Shown here piece by piece: positions 9,036 to 22,220 of a stretch of 64,000 nt of DNA (positions are counted from its first letter, which is position 1; each line of letters starts with the position of its first letter). This stretch comes from Yuukianura sp. NJ FZ-2021 (Eukaryota), in assembly GCA_046563655.1 (NCBI GenBank), contig JAJCTO010000013.1:1-64000 (forward strand), written 5' to 3'. Under the pieces are notes generated by a model. That model searched no databases and was not told the origin of the DNA. It saw nothing but the letters and a program-made list of their open reading frames with translations. Both the position numbers and the translations under genes were made by a program.

Positions 9036-9130
9036 TTCGGTGGCTCAGTAGTCGCTCGGAGGGCGGTTGTTCAGAAGAAAGTCGGTGGCTCAGAAGACAA
9101 TCGGTGGCTCAGAAGACAAATCGGTGGCTC
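9036..9130. repeat. Short direct repeats (TCGGTGGCTC[AGAAGACAA]) in the leader
   Basis: TCGGTGGCTC occurs four times, the last three at 19-20 bp spacing. Confidence 0.8.
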
Positions 9131-9257
9131 TCGCTTCTTTGGCTCAAAAGTTTGGAGGACGGAGGAGCTGAAAAAAATCGAAAAAACAATGAAACAAAAG
9201 GACAAAAATTATGCTAAAAAACAAAATTTAAATTAGGGGGGGGGATATTCTGGTGGG

Positions 9258-9910
9258 TGTGAGGGAATTTGAGGTCAAAGGTCAAGGAAAGCCCGTCTGA
9301 GGCCCCACTTAAGAGGAGGTAGACTCCTCAACGGGCCGCCGTGCAGGCACCCGGAATGATGGGTCAATGAACGGGTCACGAGAGTGACCCGGAACAATAA
9401 ATCAGACGTGGAGTGGGCGGATAATGGGGAAAACAAAGTAACCTTACGTTTATTTGCAAATAATCAATGAAAAAACGAAAAAGAACCAAATGGTGGGCTG
9501 TCCAGGGCTTGGTGGGTCTTGTCCAGTGCTTGGTGGGTCTTGTCCAGTGCTTTGTGGGTCTTGTCCAGAGCGGCGTGGCAGCCAAAGATGGCGGACGGAA
9601 AAGTTGGAGTGGAGAGACGTGGATCCGAACTGGACAACTGGCAGCCGAAGACTGAGGAGGAAGTGGGACATGGGATTCTGCCTGTTCACAGGCAGAAAGT
9701 TCTCGAATCTTCTCGAAGGTGCTTTGGGGGATTCGGGAAGGGGGAAAACACACGGCGGAGTGGGAAAAACGCCTTGTCATGTTCCTTTGCAGGAGCATGG
9801 CAAGGGCTAGTGGGGGAAAATACTGGACTTGGGGAGGAGTCTTGGTTTCATTAGAAACCAAGACTAAAAAGAAATGATTTTCAGACGGGAGAGGGAGTAA
9901 CCTCCTCACA
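9258..9910 (-). repeat. Putative 5' LTR, 653 bp
   Basis: Terminal inverted repeat TGTGAGG...CCTCACA, minus-strand AATAAA at 9454-9449, and an abrupt junction to satellite at 9910. The inner boundary is inferred only from the inverted repeat because the partner LTR is outside the window. Confidence 0.7.
9491..9568. repeat. 21-bp tandem repeat inside the LTR (~3.5 copies)
   Basis: Unit GCTTGGTGGGTCTTGTCCAGT repeated head-to-tail. Confidence 0.85.
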
Positions 9911-12900
9911 ACGGCAATGGAACTTCAGGGGAAACCCCATTATTACATTTTCTAAATCAAAATCGAACATTCAGCATTGTTTGTTATCTTGATTAAATTT
10001 TTTAGGAAATACTTTTTTGTGTCATACTACCAACTTGCACTTCCAATAAAGCACACCTGAATAACTGGTGTTCAACAATAATATGGAATTATATTTTAGC
10101 CCAACTCCACTATGCAACAAGTGCATAAATCTAACTGTCATTTTGGTATAAACTAATGTGCGAACTATACAACGAAGTTTTAAACATACTGAAAAATGGA
10201 ATCTATGCCTTGTTATCGCTTATAACCATCTTCATGATACGCATCTAATACCGGTCCACTTTGTCGTAGTGCATCAACGACTATTACACACAGTGAACCA
10301 CTTGTTATCAGCCTTCATCTTTGAGCAAAAAGGAGAAGTGCCGGTGAAATGACAAGCTCGCCCTCACTTCAGATACCAACCAGTACTCATTTTGACACTA
10401 TGAATCGCAATGACTCAGACGGCAATGGAACTTCAGGGGAAACCCCATTATTACATTTTCTAAATCAAAATCGAACATTCAGCATTGTTTGTTATCTTGA
10501 TTAAATTTTTTAGGAAATACTTTTTTGTGTCATACTACCAACTTGCACTTCCAATAAAGCACACCTGAATAACTGGTGTTCAACAATAATATGGAATTAT
10601 ATTTTAGCCCAACTCCACTATGCAACAAGTGCATAAATCTAACTGTCATTTTGGTATAAACTAATGTGCGAACTATACAACGAAGTTTTAAACATACTGA
10701 AAAATGGAATCTATGCCTTGTTATCGCTTATAACCATCTTCATGATACGCATCTAATACCGGTCCACTTTGTCGTAGTGCATCAACGACTATTACACACA
10801 GTGAACCACTTGTTATCAGCCTTCATCTTTGAGCAAAAAGGAGAAGTGCCGGTGAAATGACAAGCTCGCCCTCACTTCAGATACCAACCAGTACTCATTT
10901 TGACACTATGAATCGCAATGACTCAGACGGCAATGGAACTTCAGGGGAAACCCCATTATTACATTTTCTAAATCAAAATCGAACATTCAGCATTGTTTGT
11001 TATCTTGATTAAATTTTTTAGGAAATACTTTTTTTGTGTCATACTACCAACTTGCACTTCCAATAAAGCACACCTGAATAACTGGTGTTCAACAATAATA
11101 TGGAATTATATTTTAGCCCAACTCCACTATGCAACAAGTGCATAAATCTAACTGTCATTTTGGTATAAACTAATGTGCGAACTATACAACGAAGTTTTAA
11201 ACATACTGAAAAATGGAATCTATGCCTTGTTATCGCTTATAACCATCTTCATGATACGCATCTAATACCGGTCCACTTTGTCGTAGTGCATCAACGACTA
11301 TTACACACAGTGAACCACTTGTTATCAGCCTTCATCTTTGAGCAAAAAGGAGAAGTGCCGGTGAAATGACAAGCTCGCCCTCACTTCAGATACCAACCAG
11401 TACTCATTTTGACACTATGAATCGCAATGACTCAGACGGCAATGGAACTTCAGGGGAAACCCCATTATTACATTTTCTAAATCAAAATCGAACATTCAGC
11501 ATTGTTTGTTATCTTGATTAAATTTTTTAGGAAATACTTTTTTTGTGTCATACTACCAACTTGCACTTCCAATAAAGCACACCTGAATAACTGGTGTTCA
11601 ACAATAATATGGAATTATATTTTAGCCCAACTCCACTATGCAACAAGTGCATAAATCTAACTGTCATTTTGGTATAAACTAATGTGCGAACTATACAACG
11701 AAGTTTTAAACATACTGAAAAATGGAATCTATGCCTTGTTATCGCTTATAACCATCTTCATGATACGCATCTAATACCGGTCCACTTTGTCGTAGTGCAT
11801 CAACGACTATTACACACAGTGAACCACTTGTTATCAGCCTTCATCTTTGAGCAAAAAGGAGAAGTGCCGGTGAAATGACAAGCTCGCCCTCACTTCAGAT
11901 ACCAACCAGTACTCATTTTGACACTATGAATCGCAATGACTCAGACGGCAATGGAACTTCAGGGGAAACCCCATTATTACATTTTCTAAATCAAAATCGA
12001 ACATTCAGCATTGTTTGTTATCTTGATTAAATTTTTTAGGAAATACTTTTTTGTGTCATACTACCAACTTGCACTTCCAATAAAGCACACCTGAATAACT
12101 GGTGTTCAACAATAATATGGAATTATATTTTAGCCCAACTCCACTATGCAACAAGTGCATAAATCTAACTGTCATTTTGGTATAAACTAATGTGCGAACT
12201 ATACAACGAAGTTTTAAACATACTGAAAAATGGAATCTATGCCTTGTTATCGCTTATAACCATCTTCATGATACGCATCTAATACCGGTCCACTTTGTCG
12301 TAGTGCATCAACGACTATTACACACAGTGAACCACTTGTTATCAGCCTTCATCTTTGAGCAAAAAGGAGAAGTGCCGGTGAAATGACAAGCTCGCCCTCA
12401 CTTCAGATACCAACCAGTACTCATTTTGACACTATGAATCGCAATGACTCAGACGGCAATGGAACTTCAGGGGAAACCCCATTATTACATTTTCTAAATC
12501 AAAATCGAACATTCAGCATTGTTTGTTATCTTGATTAAATTTTTTAGGAAATACTTTTTTTGTGTCATACTACCAACTTGCACTTCCAATAAAGCACACC
12601 TGAATAACTGGTGTTCAACAATAATATGGAATTATATTTTAGCCCAACTCCACTATGCAACAAGTGCATAAATCTAACTGTCATTTTGGTATAAACTAAT
12701 GTGCGAACTATACAACGAAGTTTTAAACATACTGAAAAATGGAATCTATGCCTTGTTATCGCTTATAACCATCTTCATGATACGCATCTAATACCGGTCC
12801 ACTTTGTCGTAGTGCATCAACGACTATTACACACAGTGAACCACTTGTTATCAGCCTTCATCTTTGAGCAAAAAGGAGAAGTGCCGGTGAAATGACAAGC

Positions 12901-15900
12901 TCGCCCTCACTTCAGATACCAACCAGTACTCATTTTAACACTATGAATCGCAATGACTCAGACGGCAATGGAACTTCAGGGGAAACCCCATTATTACATT
13001 TTCTAAATCAAAATCGAACATTCAGCATTGTTTGTTATCTTGATTAAATTTTTTAGGAAATACTTTTTTTGTGTCATACTACCAACTTGCACTTCCAATA
13101 AAGCACACCTGAATAACTGGTGTTCAACAATAATATGGAATTATGTTTTAGCCCAACTCCACTATGCAACAAGTGCATAAATCTAACTGTCATTTTGGTA
13201 TAAACTAATGTGCGAACTATACAACGAAGTTTTAAACATACTGAAAAATGGAATCTATGCCTTGTTATCGCTTATAACCATCTTCATGATACGCATCTAA
13301 TACCGGTCCACTTTGTCGTAGTGCATCAACGACTATTACACACAGTGAACCACTTGTTATCAGCCTTCATCTTTGAGCAAAAAGGAGAAGTGCCGGTGAA
13401 ATGACAAGCTCGCCCTCACTTCAGATACCAACCAGTACTCATTTTGACACTATGAATCGCAATGACTCAGACGGCAATGGAACTTCAGGGGAAACCCCAT
13501 TATTACATTTTCTAAATCAAAATCGAACATTCAGCATTGTTTGTTATCTTGATTAAATTTTTTAGGAAATACTTTTTTTGTGTCATACTACCAACTTGCA
13601 CTTCCAATAAAGCACACCTGAATAACTGGTGTTCAACAATAATATGGAATTATATTTTAGCCCAACTCCACTATGCAACAAGTGCATAAATCTAACTGTC
13701 ATTTTGGTATAAACTAATGTGCGAACTATACAACGAAGTTTTAAACATACTGAAAAATGGAATCTATGCCTTGTTATCGCTTATAACCATCTTCATGATA
13801 CGCATCTAATACCGGTCCACTTTGTCGTAGTGCATCAACGACTATTACACACAGTGAACCACTTGTTATCAGCCTTCATCTTTGAGCAAAAAGGAGAAGT
13901 GCCGGTGAAATGACAAGCTCGCCCTCACTTCAGATACCAACCAGTACTCATTTTGACACTATGAATCGCAATGACTCAGACGGCAATGGAACTTCAGGGG
14001 AAACCCCATTATTACATTTTCTAAATCAAAATCGAACATTCAGCATTGTTTGTTATCTTGATTAAATTTTTTAGGAAATACTTTTTTTGTGTCATACTAC
14101 CAACTTGCACTTCCAATAAAGCACACCTGAATAACTGGTGTTCAACAATAATATGGAATTATATTTTAGCCCAACTCCACTATGCAACAAGTGCATAAAT
14201 CTAACTGTCATTTTGGTATAAACTAATGTGCGAACTATACAACGAAGTTTTAAACATACTGAAAAATGGAATCTATGCCTTGTTATCGCTTATAACCATC
14301 TTCATGGAACGCATCTAATACCGGTCCACTTTGTCGTAGTGCATCAACGACTATTACACACAGTGAACCACTTGTTATCAGCCTTCATCTTTGAGCAAAA
14401 AGGAGAAGTGCCGGTGAAATGACAAGCTCGCCCTCACTTCAGATACCAACCAGTACTCATTTTGACACTATGAATCGCAATGACTCAGACGGCAATGGAA
14501 CTTCAGGGGAAACCCCATTATTACATTTTCTAAATCAAAATCGAACATTCAGCATTGTTTGTTATCTTGATTAAATTTTTTAGGAAATACTTTTTTTGTG
14601 TCATACTACCAACTTGCACTTCCAATAAAGCACACCTGAATAACTGGTGTTCAACAATAATATGGAATTATGTTTTAGCCCAACTCCACTATGCAACAAG
14701 TGCATAAATCTAACTGTCATTTTGGTATAAACTAATGTGCGAACTATACAACGAAGTTTTAAACATACTGAAAAATGGAATCTATGCCTTGTTATCGCTT
14801 ATAACCATCTTCATGATACGCATCTAATACCGGTCCACTTTGTCGTAGTGCATCAACGACTATTACACACAGTGAACCACTTGTTATCAGCCTTCATCTT
14901 TGAGCAAAAAGGAGAAGTGCCGGTGAAATGACAAGCTCGCCCTCACTTCAGATACCAACCAGTACTCATTTTGACACTATGAATCGCAATGACTCAGACG
15001 GCAATGGAACTTCAGGGGAAACCCCATTATTACATTTTCTAAATCAAAATCGAACATTCAGCATTGTTTGTTATCTTGATTAAATTTTTTAGGAAATACT
15101 TTTTTTGTGTCATACTACCAACTTGCACTTCCAATAAAGCACACCTGAATAACTGGTGTTCAACAATAATATGGAATTATATTTTAGCCCAACTCCACTA
15201 TGCAACAAGTGCATAAATCTAACTGTCATTTTGGTATAAACTAATGTGCGAACTATACAACGAAGTTTTAAACATACTGAAAAATGGAATCTATGCCTTG
15301 TTATCGCTTATAACCATCTTCATGATACGCATCTAATACCGGTCCACTTTGTCGTAGTGCATCAACGACTATTACACACAGTGAACCACTTGTTATCAGC
15401 CTTCATCTTTGAGCAAAAAGGAGAAGTGCCGGTGAAATGACAAGCTCGCCCTCACTTCAGATACCAACCAGTACTCATTTTGACACTATGAATCGCAATG
15501 ACTCAGACGGCAATGGAACTTCAGGGGAAACCCCATTATTACATTTTCTAAATCAAAATCGAACATTCAGCATTGTTTGTTATCTTGATTAAATTTTTTA
15601 GGAAATACTTTTTTTGTGTCATACTACCAACTTGCACTTCCAATAAAGCACACCTGAATAACTGGTGTTCAACAATAATATGGAATTATATTTTAGCCCA
15701 ACTCCACTATGCAACAAGTGCATAAATCTAACTGTCATTTTGGTATAAACTAATGTGCGAACTATACAACGAAGTTTTAAACATACTGAAAAATGGAATC
15801 TATGCCTTGTTATCGCTTATAACCATCTTCATGGAACGCATCTAATACCGGTCCACTTTGTCGTAGTGCATCAACGACTATTACACACAGTGAACCACTT

Positions 15901-16286
15901 GTTATCAGCCTTCATCTTTGAGCAAAAAGGAGAAGTGCCGGTGAAATGACAAGCTCGCCCTCACTTCAGATACCAACCAGTACTCATTTTGACACTATGA
16001 ATCGCAATGACTCAGACGGCAATGGAACTTCAGGGGAAACCCCATTATTACATTTTCTAAATCAAAATCGAACATTCAGCATTGTTTGTTATCTTGATTA
16101 AATTTTTTAGGAAATACTTTTTTGCGTCATACTACCAACTTGCACTTCCAATAAAGCACACCTGAATAACTGGTGTTCAACAATAATATGGAATTATATT
16201 TTAGCCCAACTCCACTATGCAACAAGTGCATAAATCTAACTGTCATTTTGGTATAAACTAATGTGCGAACTATACAACGAAGTTTT
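9911..16286. repeat. Satellite A array 1: 12 full 508/509-bp monomers plus one partial
   Basis: Monomer ACGGCAATGGAACTTCAGGGG...GACTCAG recurs every 508-509 bp, near-identical. Confidence 0.98.
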
Positions 16287-16289
16287 GTC

Positions 16290-19200
16290 ATTGCATATAA
16301 AAAACTAGTGTCTTAGGCGACACAGGGTTTTGTATTTTCAATCGTTGTTGCACATGGCTCTCCCTTCTAGTGTATACACATACAGCCAAACAATTCCACT
16401 ACAGTAAATGCTTGCACACTGTCTCGAATGTGGTGATCACATTCCATCTTGCAGCCCACAGACTAGGGACTAAGAGTTGGTTAGTGTGTTCCTGTAACCT
16501 CATTGTAACCTATGCACGTCTAAGTGTCCCTGTTCACGCAGCGGATTTACCTTTGACCAAATTGCTTATTTTGTGGCTTTATGGCCAACGGTCCACACAT
16601 ACATCTATTTCCACTTGCTATTGTCCACAACTGTCGACTTATGATATTTAATTGAGCAGAGCTACGAAGCCAAAAGGCTCCTAAGCACTAGTTATAATTG
16701 CATATAAAAAACTAGTGTCTTAGGCGACACAGGGTTTTGTATTTTCAATCGTTGTTGCACATGGCTCTCCCTTCTAGTGTATACACATACAGCCAAACAA
16801 TTCCACTACAGTAAATGCTTGCACACTGTCTCGAATGTGCTGATCACATTCCAGCTTGCAGCCCACAGACTAGGGACTAAGAGTTGGTTAGTGTGTTAAT
16901 GTAACCTCATTGTAACCTATGCACGTCTAAGTGTCCCTGTTCACGCAGCGGATTTACCTTTGACCAAATTGCTTATTTTGTGGCTTTATGGCCAACGGTC
17001 CACACATACATCTATTTCCACTTGCTATTGTCTACAACTGTCGACTTATGATATTTCATTGAGCAGAGCTTCGTAGCCAAAAGGCTCTTAAGCACTAGTT
17101 ATAATTGCATATAAAAAACTAGTGTCTTAGGCGACACAGGGTTTTGTATTTTCAATCGTTGTTGCACGTGGCTCTCCCTTCTAGTGTATACACATACAGC
17201 CAAACAATTCCACTACAGTAAATGCTTGCACACTGTCTCGAATGTGCTGATCACATTCCCTCTTGCAGCCCACAGACATCTATTTCCACTTGCTATGGTC
17301 TACAACTGTCGACTTATGATATTAAATTGAACAGAGCTACGAAGCCAAAAGGCTCCTAAGCACTAGTTATAATTGCACATAAAAAACTAGTGTCTTAGGC
17401 GACACAGGGTTTTGTATTTTCAATCGTTGTTGCACGTGGCTCTTGCTTCCATTGTATACACATACAGCCAAACAATTCCACTACAGTAAATGCTTGCACA
17501 CTGTCTCGAATGTGCTGATCACATTCCATCTTGCAGCCCACAGACTAGGGACTATAAGTTGGTTAGTGTGTTCCTGCAACCTCATTGTAACCTATGCACG
17601 TCTAAGTGTCCCTGTTCACGCAGCGGATTTACCTTTGACCAAATTGCTTATTTTGTCGCTTTATGGCCAACGGTCCACACATACATCTATTTCCACTTGC
17701 TATTGTCTACAACTGTCGACATGATATTTAATTGAGCAGAGCTTCGAAGCCAAAAGGCTCCTAAGCACTAGTTATAATTGCATATAAAAAACTAGTGTCT
17801 TAGGCGACACAGGGTTTTGTATTTTCAATCGTTGTTGCACATGGCTCTCCCTTCTAGTGTATACACATACAGCCAAACAATTCCACTACAGTAAATGCTT
17901 GCACACTGTCTCGAATGTGGTGATCACATTCCATCTTGCAGCCCACAGACTAGGGACTAAGAGTTGGTTAGTGTGTTCCTGTAACCTCATTGTAACCTAT
18001 GCACGTCTAAGTGTCCCTGTTCACGCAGCGGATTTACCTTTGACCAAATTGCTTATTTTGTCGCTTTATGGCCAACGGTCCACACATACATCTATTTCCA
18101 CTTGCTATTGTCTACAACTGTCGACATGATATTTAATTGAGCAGAGCTTCGAAGCCAAAAGGCTCCTAAGCACTAGTTATAATTGCATATAAAAAACTAG
18201 TGTCTTAGGCGACACAGGGTTTTGTATTTTCAATCGTTGTTGCACGTGGCTCTTGCTTCCATTGTATACACATACAGCCAAACAATTCCACTACAGTAAA
18301 TGCTTGCACACTGTCTCGAATGTGCTGATCACATTCCATCTTGCAGCCCACAGACTAGGGACTATAAGTTGGTTAGTGTGTTCCTGCAACCTCATTGTAA
18401 CCTATGCACGTCTAAGTGTCCCTGTTCACGCAGCGGATTTACCTTTGACCAAATTGCTTATTTTGTCGCTTTATGGCCAACGGTCCACACATACATCTAT
18501 TTCCACTTGCTATTGTCTACAACTGTCGACATGATATTTAATTGAGCAGAGCTTCGAAGCCAAAAGGCTCCTAAGCACTAGTTATAATTGCATATAAAAA
18601 ACTAGTGTCTTAGGCGACACAGGGTTTTGTATTTTCAATCGTTGTTGCACATGGCTCTCCCTTCTAGTGTATACACATACAGCCAAACAATTCCACTACA
18701 GTAAATGCTTGCACACTGTCTCGAATGTGGTGATCACATTCCATCTTGCAGCCCACAGACTAGGGACTAAGAGTTGGTTAGTGTGTTCCTGTAACCTCAT
18801 TGTAACCTATGCACGTCTAAGTGTCCCTGTTCACGCAGCGGATTTACCTTTGACCAAATTGCTTATTTTGTCGCTTTATGGCCAACGGTCCACACATACA
18901 TCTATTTCCACTTGCTATTGTCTACAACTGTCGACATGATATTTAATTGAGCAGAGCTTCGAAGCCAAAAGGCTCCTAAGCACTAGTTATAATTGCATAT
19001 AAAAAACTAGTGTCTTAGGCGACACAGGGTTTTGTATTTTCAATCGTTGTTGCACATGGCTCTCCCTTCTAGTGTATACACATACAGCCAAACAATTCCA
19101 CTACAGTAAATGCTTGCACACTGTCTCGAATGTGCTGATCACATTCCAGCTTGCAGCCCACAGAGTAGGGACTAAGAGTTGGTTAGTGTGTTCCTGTAAC

Positions 19201-22200
19201 ATCGTTGTAACCTATGCACGTCTAAGTGTCCCTGTTCACGCAGCGGATTTACCTTTGACCAAATTGCTTATTTTGTCGCTTTATGGCCAACGGTCCACAC
19301 ATACATCTATTTCCACTTGCTATTGTCTACAACTGTCGACATGATATTTAATTGAGCAGAGCTTCGAAGCCAAAAGGCTCCTAAGCACTAGTTATAATTG
19401 CATATAAAAAACTAGTGTCTTAGGCGACACAGGGTTTTGTATTTTCAATCGTTGTTGCACATGGCTCTCCCTTCTAGTGTATACACATACAGCCAAACAA
19501 TTCCACTACAGTAAATGCTTGCACACTGTCTCGAATGTGGTGATCACATTCCATCTTGCAGCCCACAGACTAGGGACTAAGAGTTGGTTAGTGTGTTCCT
19601 GTAACCTCATTGTAACCTATGCACGTCTAAGTGTCCCTGTTCACGCAGCGGATTTACCTTTGACCAAATTGCTTATTTTGTGGCTTTATGGCCAACGGTC
19701 CACACATACATCTATTTCCACTTGCTATTGTCCACAACTGTCGACTTATGATATTTAATTGAGCAGAGCTACGAAGCCAAAAGGCTCCTAAGCACTAGTT
19801 ATAATTGCATATAAAAAACTAGTGTCTTAGGCGACACAGGGTTTTGTATTTTCAATCGTTGTTGCACATGGCTCTCCCTTCTAGTGTATACACATACAGC
19901 CAAACAATTCCACTACAGTAAATGCTTGCACACTGTCTCGAATGTGCTGATCACATTCCAGCTTGCAGCCCACAGACTAGGGACTAAGAGTTGGTTAGTG
20001 TGTTCCTGTAACATGGTTGTAACCTATGCACGTCTAAGTGTCCCTGTTCACGCAGCGGATTTACCTTTGACCAAATTGCGTATTTTGTCGCTTTATGGCC
20101 AACGGTCCACACATACATCTATTTCCACTTGCTATTGTCTACAACTGTCGACATGATATTTAATTGAGCAGAGCTTCGAAGCCAAAAGGCTCCTAAGCAC
20201 TAGTTATAATTGCATATAAAAAACTAGTGTCTTAGGCGACACAGGGTTTTGTATTTTCAATCGTTGTTGCACATGGCTCTCCCTTCTAGTGTATACACAT
20301 ACAGCCAAACAATTCCACTACAGTAAATGCTTGCACACTGTCTCGAATGTGCTGATCACATTCCCTCTTGCAGCCCACAGACATCTATTTCCACTTGCTA
20401 TTGTCTACATCTGTCGACTTATGATATTAAATTGAGCAGAGCTACGAAGCCAAAAGGCTCCTAAGCACTAGTTATAATTGCACATAAAAAACTAGTGTCT
20501 TAGGCGACACAGGGTTTTGTATTTTCAATCGTTGTTGCACATGGCTCTCCCTTCTAGTGTATACACATACAGCCAAACAATTCCACTACAGTAAATGCTT
20601 GCACACTGTCTCGAATGTGGTGATCACATTCCATCTTGCAGCCCACAGACTAGGGACTAAGAGTTGGTTAGTGTGTTCCTGTAACCTCATTGTAACCTAT
20701 GCACGTCTAAGTGTCCCTGTTCATGCAGCGGATTTACCTTTGACCAAATTGCTTATTTTGTGGCTTTATGGCCAACGGTCCACACATACATCTATTTCCA
20801 CTTGCTATTGTCAACAACTGTCGACTTATGATATTTAATTGAGCAGAGCTACGAAGCCAAAAGGCTCCTAAGCACTAGTTATAATTGCATATAAAAAACT
20901 AGTGTCTTAGGCGACACAGGGTTTTGTATTTTCAATCGTTGTTGCACATGGCTCTCCCTTCTAGTGTATACACATACAGCCAAGCAATTCCACTACAGTA
21001 AATGCTTGCACACTGTCTCGAATGTGCTGATCACATTCCAGCTTGCAGCCCACAGACTAGGGACTAAGAGTTGGTTAGTGTGTTCCTGTAACATCGTTGT
21101 AACCTATGCACGTCTAAGTGTCCCTGTTCACGCAGCGGATTTACCTTTGACCAAATTGCTTATTTTGTCGCTTTATGGCCAACGGTCCACACATACATCT
21201 ATTTCCACTTGCTATTGTCTACAACTGTCGACATGATATTTAATTGAGCAGAGCTTCGAAGCCAAAAGGCTCCTAAGCACTAGTTATAATTGCATATAAA
21301 AAACTAGTGTCTTAGGCGACACAGGGTTTTGTATTTTCAATCGTTGTTGCACATGGCTCTCCCTTCTAGTGTATACACATACAGCCAAACAATTCCACTA
21401 CAGTAAATGCTTGCACACTGTCTCGAATGTGCTGATCACATTCCATCTTGCAGCCCACAGACTAGGGACTATAAGTTGGTTAGTGTGTTCCTGCAACCTC
21501 ATTGTAACCTATGCACGTCTAAGTGTCCCTGTTCACGCAGCGGATTTACCTTTGACCAAATTGCTTACTTTGTGGCTTTATGGCCAACGGTCCACACATA
21601 CATCTATTTCCGCTTGCTATTGTCTACATCTGTCGACTTATGATATTAAATTGAGCAGAGCTACGAAGCCAAAAGGCTCCTAAGCACTAGTTATAATTGC
21701 ATATAAAAAACTAGTGTCTTAGGCGACACAGGGTTTTGTATTTTCAATCGTTGTTGCACATGGCTCTCCCTTCTAGTGTATACACATACAGCCAAACAAT
21801 TCCACTACAGTAAATGCTTGCACACTGTCTCGAATGTGGTGATCACATTCCATCTTGCAGCCCACAGACTAGGGACTAAGAGTTGGTTAGTGTGTTCCTG
21901 TAACCTCATTGTAACCTATGCACGTCTAAGTGTCCCTGTTCACGCAGCGGATTTACCTTTGACCAAATTGCTTATTTTGTGGCTTTATGGCCAACGGTCC
22001 ACACATACATCTATTTCCACTTGCTATTGTCCACAACTGTCGACTTATGATATTTAATTGAGCAGAGCTACGAAGCCAAAAGGCTCCTAAGCACTAGTTA
22101 TAATTGCATATAAAAAACTAGTGTCTTAGGCGACACAGGGTTTTGTATTTTCAATCGTTGTTGCACATGGCTCTCCCTTCTAGTGTATACACATACAGCC

Positions 22201-22220
22201 AAACAATTCCACTACAGTAA
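16290..22220. repeat. Satellite B array 1: 15 monomers (405/407 bp, two internally deleted 268-bp) plus one partial
   Basis: ATTGCATATAAAAAACTAGTGTC... recurs with periods of 405, 407 and 268 bp. Confidence 0.98.

Larger units (their letters stand above)
1..9910 (-). mobile_element. Ty3/Gypsy (Metaviridae-type) LTR retrotransposon, copy 1; near-complete, 3' part runs off the window start
   Basis: Begins TGTGAGG at 9910 on the minus strand. Has gag with a CCHC knuckle and pol in PR-RT-RH-IN order (the Gypsy order). The 3' LTR is not in the window. Confidence 0.95.

Noticed and set aside
9251..9273. Plus-strand TGGTGGGTGTGAGGGAATTTGA as the PBS of an oppositely oriented element
   Set aside because: Not preceded by an LTR-ending CA, imperfect tRNA T-arm register, and no plus-strand retroelement genes follow.
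9376..9909. Overlapping ORFs inside the LTR
   Set aside because: Non-ATG starts or products of the 21-bp tandem repeat; no coding signature.
10255..10345. Minus-strand satellite A translation (RHFSFLLKDEG**QVVHCV**SL) faintly like a cysteine-protease His motif
   Set aside because: Short, interrupted by stops, and similarity judged only by eye.
9911..22220. Arrays as CRISPR, rDNA/5S, tRNA, snRNA or histone gene clusters
   Set aside because: No unique spacers, and no RNA-gene or histone sequence that I can recognise in either monomer. An Rfam/Infernal search would be needed to exclude a divergent ncRNA.
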